The translations under genes were made by a program, and so were the position numbers. Below, one piece after another: positions 22,081 through 30,066 of a DNA stretch of 30,066 bases; position 1 is the stretch's first letter; every line of letters begins with the position of its first letter. The stretch comes from Chiloscyllium plagiosum (taxonomy: Eukaryota), in assembly GCF_004010195.1 (NCBI RefSeq), contig NC_057718.1, forward strand, positions 103,943,954 to 103,974,019, in the 5' to 3' direction. Below the pieces are notes generated by a model. That model was given only the letters and a program-made list of their open reading frames with translations, ran no database searches and had not been told where the DNA came from.

Positions 22081-22132
22081 TCTTATATTGGATTGTCCAC
22101 AGCTCACAGAAGCTATTTTCATACCAGCTACA

Positions 22133-22295
22133 AAAGCAAACTCTTGCAGATATTGGTGATCTGAAATAAACACAGAAGTTGCTGGAGAAACTCAGCAGGT
22201 CCAGCAGCATCCATGGAGAGAGAGAGAAAGAGAGAGAGAGAGAGACAAAGCAACAGAGCTATCGTTTTGAGTCCGATGTGACTCCAAAAGCTCTT
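22133..22295 (-). mobile_element. PLE-derived terminal fragment with internal (GA)n
   Basis: TTGCTGGAGAAACTCAGCAGGTCCAGCAGCATC..(GA)n..CGTTTTGAGTCC, related to the other PLE tails. Confidence 0.65.
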
Positions 22296-23174
22296 TGGAG
22301 ATAATTTCATGAATTTTGTTGAGTCCTACTCTTAATTTAATGCAATTGTCATGGGATTCCATTTTACACAGAGAACCAGCATTTGCAATACCTTGGCAAA
22401 AAACATTTAAATGCCCATCCTGAATTGAAGGATTCCTGATTTGAGTAAACATTATGCTAACTCTCTGCATCGTACAGACTCTCTGTAAATCATGTCCTGA
22501 ACAATGTGTACAGCAACCAAAAAAAAATGTAATTGTCATTTCATGTGTGTAACTTGTGGCTTTGAATATTCAAACGTATAAAATAATCCTGGGGATAGTG
22601 AAAAGGCCAGTCACGCCCAAGAAATAAACCTTTATATTGTTGAGTGATCATGATCGCTCCCTGCAGAATTCGAGCCATTAAAATGAAGTCTGGGAAACTG
22701 AGGTGCAATTATACTTCAAATAATTTTCCAGATGTGTAACCACTGTCAGATTGTACAATTTCTTTCAAATTGACACAGTGATATGCCCAGGCAAACTCAT
22801 ACCAGCTCAACAGAATATACAGAACCGAAATCTGAATATTTTGCTTGTTTTATTAAGTCTTCACTGCACACATGAAAATTAATCTACAAAAACGATCTGT
22901 AGGAATTTGATAGATGGCAGAATAAAGGCATTACTTGGGCAAATAAATATTCCAAGGGAGAACACTAGCAGGTATTGTATAAGGGAAACTGTCAATGGGA
23001 TATGTTTTCATCATCTGCGGTGTGACTATCCTGTGACTCTCAGTCTCTGCTGCTGTTTATCAATGAGATCGATGTTTATATTTCAGCAAGTCTGTGCAAC
23101 AGATCTTCACAAACCATCTAATATATCAACAAATGGTAAATTCGAACTGAGATTGTGTGAATGCCATTTCAGAG

Positions 23175-23635
23175 AGCACACTTACCCATGTACACACTCA
23201 CTGAAACATACTCCTCATGTGTGCTCATGCACATTCCCACTTACATGGACTCTTTACTCCCTCCCTCACACTCTCTCCCTCATGCTTGCACTTTTTCAGA
23301 CTCATTCTCCCTACTATTTTCACTCCTCCGCACTTTCTCTCTCACGCAATCCCTTTCACACAGGCACTCTCTCATTCACACATTCTCGCAATCTCTCTCT
23401 CGCACATTCTCTCTCCACATTCTCTCTCTCACTCACACTCTCTCTCACATGCACATTCACACACTGCCTCTCCTGTACTCTCTTTCTCACACACACTCAT
23501 GTACTCTCTTCTGCACAGACTCTCTCACACTTTCTCATACTCTCTCTGTTACACACCCTCTCCTGCATACCCTCTCTTACACTCTTTCACAAAATTTCTC
23601 GCACCCTGTCACACTCTCTCTCACAGTCCCTCACC
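23175..23635. repeat. Degenerate (CT)n/(CA)n low-complexity tract
   Basis: Visible simple-repeat composition; explains the Ser/Leu/His/Thr-rich ORFs. Confidence 0.9.
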
Positions 23636-24159
23636 GATTGATCCCATACTGTGGGAAGCATGTGAAGACAAATTAATGGGAACAGCCTTCACCCTGAGCT
23701 CAGGTGGCCATTGTCTGCTTCCTGGGGAGAGACAGAAGACAGTTTCGCTGGTAAAGTTAATCTGAGAAAAAATCAAACCTGAAAGTTAGGCATGGCCATC
23801 CAGGAGTATGTCGAAAAGCACCAAAAGTTATAGAAATCTCAAACTCCCTTCTCCTAAAGTTTTGAGGCTGGATTGAAACCTACAATTGACAGATTGCTAT
23901 TGACTATAAGGTTTTAAAGATTAATGAAACACAGTGAGTTGATGGATTTAATATATAGCATCAGCCATGAGCTATCTTGATGGTGGAACTGAGGCTGAAT
24001 TGGGGAGGTGGAATTTGCAAGAAAATAACTGACTATGAAAAAGCAAGCTGTATATTTTTGACAACTTCTATTTAAATGATTAAAAGTTCTTTAAACTATC
24101 AGTGGAAACAAAAAGGACTTAAACTGTTGAGTAATGCTGGATAATTTGTCTGTGTAGAT

Positions 24160-24322
24160 CAGCAGATACAGGGGAACACCGCAAGGTACTTTTCAAGCCA
24201 CTCACCATCCTGACTTCAAACTATCTCATCATTCCTTGGCTTAGACCAGGTCAGAATCCTGGAGCTCCCTCCCTACACATCAGGGACTGCAGTGATTCAG
24301 GGAGATAGTTCACCAACATCTT
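24160..24322 (+). mobile_element. Zenon-like LINE 3' fragment
   Basis: Reverse-complement similarity to 4040-4235 (GCAGATACA.GGGAAC..AAGCCA.TCACCATCC.GACTT). Confidence 0.65.
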
Positions 24323-24499
24323 GTATAAAGGGGAGGTACAATGCAGTGGGGTCATTGGGCTGGTCATCCAGTGATGTGGGTTAACGCTCGGGAAACATGG
24401 GGTCAAATCTCACCATGGAAGGTCATGAAATGTGAATTCATTAAAAATTAAAAGAGTTATCTCAAATAAGGCAACCTGGTCATGTTCACATTGTTGTTT

Positions 24500-25125
24500 A
24501 TGGGGTATTCAAGTGAAGGTGTGTTGGCCCTTTGTAGTGAGAGGGTTCAAAGGCAACAGCAGGGCTGTCTTACTACAACTGGACAGATAAGACAACACCC
24601 AGAATATTGTGTGCAGTTTTGGTCTCCTTATCTGAAGACAGATATTCATGGTATAGAGGGAGTGTAGCAAAGGTTTACCAATTGGCTCCTGGGATGGTAG
24701 GAGGAGAGGTTGAGTCAGTTAGGATTGTATTTGTTGGAAGGGAGGGGGGATTCTCATTGAAACCTATTATATTCTAATGGGATGAGACAGGGATAAATGC
24801 AGGAAGGATGTTCCTGATGACCAGGGAGTCCACAACCAGGGGGTCACAGTCAAAGGATACTGGGTATTTCAGACTGAGATGAGGAGAAATGTCTTCACCT
24901 AGAGTGTGGTGAGCCTGTGGAATCCGCTACCACAGAGGAGACCAAAACATAGTATGATTGCAAGAAGGAATTAGATACAGCATGTGGGGCTAAAGGGATC
25001 AAGGGAAACGGGGATAAAGCAGGAACAGGCTACTGAGTTGGATGATCAGCCAGGATCATAATGAATGGAAGAGCAGGCTCGAAGGGCCAAATGGCTCACT
25101 CCTGTTTTGTTTTGTTTTCTATGTT
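24500..25125 (+). mobile_element. CR1 LINE 3' end
   Basis: EYCVQFWSPYL..IEGV..RFT, a degenerate SRTRGHS-like motif, TEMRRNVFT.RVVSLWN, and a 3' UTR ending ..TTCTATGTTT. Confidence 0.9.
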
Positions 25126-25829
25126 TAATCCTTGGCTCATTCTCACATTTACTTTTGAAAAGAACATAGCTCTTAAGGCATTAATACAACAGCGAATACA
25201 ACTGATGCTCTCAATTTACATTGAACAACTCGAAATAGGTAAGTTATCCAGCTCTGGAGAAAGTTCACATATTCAGTGGTTGTATCTTTCAATTGCAAAA
25301 TTCTAAACCCCAATGGGTTTCAGTCTATCTCTGTTGGTAGTGCTCTCTTCCAGCACAGAAAGAGGCCCTTCAGCCCATCATGTCCTGCCAGTCATCAACC
25401 ACCCATCTATTCTCACCCCATTTTCCAGTCCTTGGACCATCACCTTGAATGCTACTTTTAAGTTTTCAGAAAGTTGTGGATTCAAGTCTGACCCCTGGAC
25501 ATGAGGAGAAATTCCTGTGATGGGGTTAACCCGAACCCAATTGCAGGTTAATCCTCAGCAGTACAAAGGGAGGGCTACAGTGACAGAGCTGTCTTCTGGA
25601 TGAATTTTTGAACCAATTTTAAATCTTTGGCTCCTGTCCCCACCCTGGTTACTAATCACCTTGCAGATGGGAATAGACCCGTCTTATCCAGTCTGCTCTG
25701 GGCCCCTCATAATCCTATACCTCTCAATTCATCCTCCCCTCAGCCTCTGCTCTTACAAAGAAAAATCTCCCTGGCTCATCCAATCTTTCCTCATCACTGA
25801 GGTCTGCAAGCCTGGCCCCAAAGGTTCCA

Positions 25830-26272
25830 TGGAACTAATTCAAAGATGAAGAGAGTAGATCTCCCCACTCTCCTGCTCAATATTTCTCCTTCAGTCAAGA
25901 CCACAAATAAAATTGGTTAGAATCACAGAATCCCTACAGTGTGGTAACAGGCGATTTGGCCCATCAAGTTCGCACTGACCCTCCGAACAGCATCCCACAC
26001 ACCTCCTGCCCTGAACCTGTAATCCTGCATTTCACATGGCTGGCCCACCTAGCCTGCATATCCCTGGACACTATGGGGCAATTTAGCATGGCCAATCCAC
26101 CAGGTTATCGGGTCATTTTCACATTTCTGTTTATGGGATCTTGCTGTGCGCAAACTGACTGCCATCTTTCCTACATTGCCACAGTAACCACACTTCAGAA
26201 GTCTATAATTGCCTTGGGGATGACCTGTGATCATGAGAGGTTCCATAGAAATGCAAATCTTTCTTTATCTCT
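25830..26272 (+). mobile_element. Deu-domain-type SINE with L2-like tail, interrupted by an HE1 fragment
   Basis: ..GGTCATTTTCACATTTCTGTTTATGGGATCTTGCTGTGCGCAAACTGACTGCC..TAGAAATGCAAATCTTTCTTT. A more decayed copy lies at about 8610-8722. Confidence 0.6.
25917..26101 (-). mobile_element. HE1-like SINE 3' half
   Basis: Reverse complement of 12930-13108 (AGAATCCCTACAGTGT..GGGCAATTTAGCATGGCCAATCCACC). Confidence 0.85.
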
Positions 26273-27489
26273 GTAATTCCTGCTTTGTGGAAATCACCAA
26301 AACTATTCCCTGAGCAACAAAAGCATCAATTTCTGGATTTCTCTGCACAGCCATTATGCTGATTAACAGGGAGAGAAGCTCTTTGAGCAGTAATGAAGGG
26401 TTTGCTGCTTTTTACCTGCAATTAGTGACCAACTCCCGAAATCAGGGAAATGAGCAGCTTTGAAATATATCTTCACCAAGAACATTAGCAGGATTTTAAT
26501 TCTGGGAAAAAAATGAGACTTTCTCCTATTTCACATTTAATGATATAATTGCTCAGCCAGCCAGCAGCCTCTCATTTCAGCTTGCCCTCCTCGCTCACCC
26601 AAACACTGGTGGAGATATCATTAATACAAATTCTTTTAGTATCATTGACATTGCATCACAAAAGGCCACTGTTTAGAAACATGGGAGTGATCATTGGTAC
26701 TGAGGGAGGCCATTGAACCCATCTTTCCTGGCTTAGCTGGTATCCAGCATAATCCCACCACTCAGGGTTTGCACCATAAACCCGCAGGTCGCAATACCTC
26801 AAGTTTAGATCCATTTTTACATGTAACAAAGGATTCTACCTTCACCACTCTTTCAGACATTAGTTCTGGAACTCCATTAGCCTCTGAAAATAATATACAC
26901 CCTTTCCCCAACAATCCTTACACCAATTCCTTTGAATCAATGTTCCATTCTTATTTATTGACCTTTCTGCTAATAGGAACATACTTTCCATTTTTTAAAC
27001 GCTATACTTTGATACCTAATGAAGTGTCAGATTTTGAGTTTGTTTTAAAGAACACTTATGAATAGCTGTCCCCTGACGGTGAGGCTGCAGAGCACCTTGC
27101 TCTGAGTTGTACAGGTTCCAACCTTCTGGCAGAGTCCTTTCAGGTCACAGATACATCCCAGAGGGTTCATCGATATTTTCACTAAAACTCTTTCTCTGCA
27201 TCTCCTTATTCTCTCTCCCTTCGGCCTCTTATAACCTCATGCATCACAATCCAACCTCCCCTCAGCCTCTTCTGTTCTGATATAAACAGCCCCATCCATA
27301 ATCCTGCTGCAGGAATACTCCCGAAACGACAACCTATCTGCATTACTGTGTTGTGGACCAGACCAAGCCCCCTCAAAACATATCAAGGAGATAGCCTAGA
27401 CCCCACATCTTTTCTTATTTTAAAAGTAAGTGTAAGGGATGGCAATGCAAATGCAATTAGATTTCATTAAGTATCAAAGTATATCATTT

Positions 27490-27590
27490 TAAAAAAAGGA
27501 AAGTATGTTCCTATTAGCAGAGGGGTCAATAACTAAGAATGGAGCATCGATTCAAAGGAACTGGTGTAAGGGTTAGATGGGAAAGGGTGT
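27490..27590 (+). mobile_element. Short CR1 fragment inserted in the LTR
   Basis: TATGTTCCTATTAGCAGAGGGGTCAATAACTAAG..GCATCGATTCAAAGG, resembling the CR1 SxTRGHRFK region. Confidence 0.5.
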
Positions 27591-28267
27591 GTATTATTAG
27601 ACTGGTCAGACTACCAGGTTAGAAGCTAAACATACTTTATTCACACATTATAATTACAATACAAACAAAAAAAAGAATTGGGATAACTTAACTCTAACAG
27701 AAAAGCTTAATGGAATATAAATCAATTAACTACAAAACAACAACAGTTCCAATGTAGTAACATCCCATAAACACACCCTTGGAAAAGGGGAATTCAGTAA
27801 ATTAGATTGGCTCACATGTGATTCTAGCAGCAGGACGAGAACCCCAGCTTTTAGCTGTAACAGAGAGAGACAGAGAGAGAGAAAGAGATGTAGCACCTTT
27901 CTCCATCCCACCAGCCACTAAAAGCTAAAACTAAAATCCTGGTTCTGTGGGAGCTTTACCCCACCCATTCAGGCTGCTTCTATTATTCCAAATTTAATAG
28001 AAACCCAAGGCCTCACAAGCTGTTTACATTATTGGCTTTGAGCAGATCACTCTATAATCTCTGTCTCAGCCTTTCTTCACAAAAAAAACAAAATAGGGTC
28101 ATAGTGTCATCACAACATTTCCACTTAAACAAAAGGAAACTTCAATATACAAAGATAGCTTCATTTTAAAAGCCTTTCGCTCGACTTACACCATTTGTTC
28201 ACTACAATACATACAAATTGCATTTACTCTAAGCTATGCAAATATTCACTACTACAGTCCTTTTCAG

Positions 28268-28442
28268 CAGGTCAGGCAGCATCCAAGGAGCAGGAGAACC
28301 AACGTTTCGGGCATGAGCCCTTCATCAGGAATCAGGCTTATGCCCGAAACATCGATTCTCCTGCTCCTCAGATGCTGCCTGACTGGCTGTGCTTTTCCAG
28401 CACCAGGCTCTTGACTCTGATCTGCAGTCCTCACTTTCTCCT
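28268..28442. mobile_element. Palindromic PLE-derived insert with an intact minus-strand hammerhead core
   Basis: Inverted arms centred near 28332. Minus strand 28299-28332 reads UC-CUGAUGA-A-GGGC UCAU GCCC-GAA-ACGU-U-GG. Degenerate 15-bp TSD (12/15) at 28253-28267 and 28443-28457. Confidence 0.82.
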
Positions 28443-28496
28443 TACATTCTATTTCAGTCTGTTTTTTCCACCAACGAACACCTCTGTCTTCCTTCA

Positions 28497-28804
28497 TCAA
28501 AGTCGTGACAACGCGTCAGCAATTATGTTTTCTCGTCCTGCCATGTGTAAAATTTTCAAATTGAATGGCTGCAGTAATAAGCGCCATCTGAACAGTCTGG
28601 AATTTTTATCCTTAAATTTTTCCAAAACCTTTGATGAGTTATGATCAGTATACACAATTGTCTCAGACATGTTACTGGCAATATAAATGTTGAAATGTTA
28701 CAACACCAACACCAAGCTCAAGGTCTCCTCAATTGTGGAATATTTCTGTTGATGATTATTCAATTTTCTGGAAAAATACCCAATTGGTCTTTCTATCGTC
28801 TCGT
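28497..28804 (-). pseudogene. Gypsy RNase H remnant at the end of pol
   Basis: IERPIGYFSRKLNNHQQKYSTIEETLSLVLVL*HF..YTDHN..RLFRWRLLLQPFNL..GRENIIADALSRL*. Confidence 0.9.
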
Positions 28805-29049
28805 TGTCAAACTAAAATCCTGGTTTTGTAGGAGCTTGACCCCACCCATTCAGGCTGCTTCTACTGTTCTAACTTTAAATAAAACCCCTGGGCCTCACAA
28901 GCTGTTTATTGGCTTTGAACAGACTGCTCATCACTTCTGTCTCAACCTCCTTCATAGAAAAAAAAAGACAAAATTCACCTCCAAAAGCCATAGCATCATC
29001 ACAACTGTGTTTCAAATGTAATAAACAATCTAAACCTCTTCAACAACAT

Positions 29050-29350
29050 ACTGAATTTATAGAGCAACCTGAAACATCCCAAGCTGCTTTGCAGGAACGT
29101 TATGAAGTGGGTTTGACATTGAGGCATGGAAGGTGATAATAGAATGGGTGGTTTAAAGCACAGTCAAGTTGCTGCACTTTAAAGAGTGGTGCAAAGGAGA
29201 AGAGAGAGGCAGAGAGATGGAGAGATTGAGGCAAGAACTTCAAGAGCTTAGAGCCTCACCAGCTAGAAGCACAGCCAACGGTGAGTTGGCCAAAATCCAA
29301 GATGTGTAAGGTGAGAAAATTGGATTGTACTGATATCTCAGAAGGTTCTA
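29050..29350 (-). mobile_element. L2 LINE 3' fragment (old)
   Basis: CATCCCAAG..GCTTTGCAGG..GAGAGGCAGAGAGATGGAGAG..CAAGAGCTTAGAGCC..AGCTAGAAGCACAGCC pattern. A further small piece lies at about 13590-13665. Confidence 0.6.
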
Positions 29351-29685
29351 GATCTGAAAATATTAGACCCTTGTTAAGGCTTTCTTGGGAGCATACAGCA
29401 TTGACACTAAGGACAGTGAGAAACTTCAGACCAATTGTTCAAAATTGTGACAATTGACCAGCCAAATTCCAACAAGACTCCGAAATAAGTGTGAGCGCGA
29501 GCAGCAGCGGAGGCAAGATGAAGCCGGAACACTGCAGTTAAGGTAAGGCAGTTTTTTAAAAAAATTACTTACCGGTAGCGGACAGCGGTGTTTTCCCTTT
29601 CACAGAAGGAGCGGGAGCAGTGGGGGAAGTGACGAGGACCAGAGGGGCAGCCGGGAAGGAAAGCAATGAGTATAAAAGCGTGCAG

Positions 29686-30066
29686 GAGAGGATAGTATTA
29701 CAGCGGTGAAAGGACGATGGATGAAGACTCGCTATTTGAGGTAGTTTGGGCTGAGGTTAGGAATAGGAAAGGTGAGGTCACCCAGTTAGGAGTTTTCTAC
29801 AGGCCTCCTAATAGTCCTAGAGACGTAGAAGAAAGGATTGCGAGGATGATTCAGGAGAAGAGTGAAAGTAATAGGGTGGTTGTTATGGGGGACTTTAACT
29901 TTCCAGATATTGACTGGGAAAGCTATAGCTCGAGTTTGTTAGATGGGTCGGTGTTTGTCCAATGTGTGCAGGAGGGTTTCCTGACACAATATGTAGACAG
30001 GCCAACAAGAGGTGAGGCCATACTGGATTTGGTTCTGGGTAACAAACCAGGCCAGGTGTTAGAATT
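29686..30066 (+). mobile_element. CR1 LINE ORF2 apurinic-like endonuclease, continuing beyond the window
   Basis: Open frame from 29717 to the window end: EVVWAEVRNRKG..GVFYRPPNS..VVVMGDFNFPDIDW..FLTQYVDRPTRGEAILDLVL. Confidence 0.93.

Larger units (their letters stand above)
27349..29003 (-). mobile_element. Internally deleted Gmr1-like Gypsy element (5' LTR remnant 28808-29003, RNase H, 3' LTR 27349-28114)
   Basis: TG..CA ends with a perfect TSD ACTG (27345-27348 and 29004-29007). 28808-29003 repeats about 27925-28114. The LTR end resembles that of the large element. Confidence 0.85.

Noticed and set aside
22907..23765. ORFs of 171-244 aa rich in Ser/Leu/His
   Set aside because: Arise from (CT)/(CA) low-complexity sequence; no recognisable domain.
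1..30066. CRISPR array or prokaryotic defence system
   Set aside because: No regularly spaced direct repeats and no operon-like gene density; the content is vertebrate-type interspersed repeats.

Overview
Eukaryotic, repeat-dense, apparently non-coding DNA. The repeat repertoire (HE1-like V-SINEs, CR1, L2, RTE, Deu-type SINEs, Penelope-like elements) suggests a cartilaginous fish such as a shark; that is an inference. I found no convincing host protein-coding exon, RNA gene or CRISPR array. The main element is a full-length but decayed Gmr1-type Gypsy LTR retrotransposon (14314-21326, +). It has a SCAN-like gag, the PR-INT-RT-RH domain order, a tRNA-Pro primer-binding site (PBS), a polypurine tract (PPT) and a 4-bp target-site duplication (TSD). 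It sits inside a CR1 3' end and carries two nested Penelope-type insertions. A related solo LTR lies at 2866-3495, and a second, internally deleted Gmr1-type element lies at 27349-29003 (-). The most notable hidden structure is about ten minimal hammerhead-ribozyme motifs (intact or decayed) in Penelope-derived inserts. Several of these inserts are fold-back palindromes with 13-15 bp TSDs. A 127-nt tract also looks gene-converted between the solo LTR and the proviral 3' LTR. These are mostly new instances of known families; I cannot claim an undescribed system from sequence alone.
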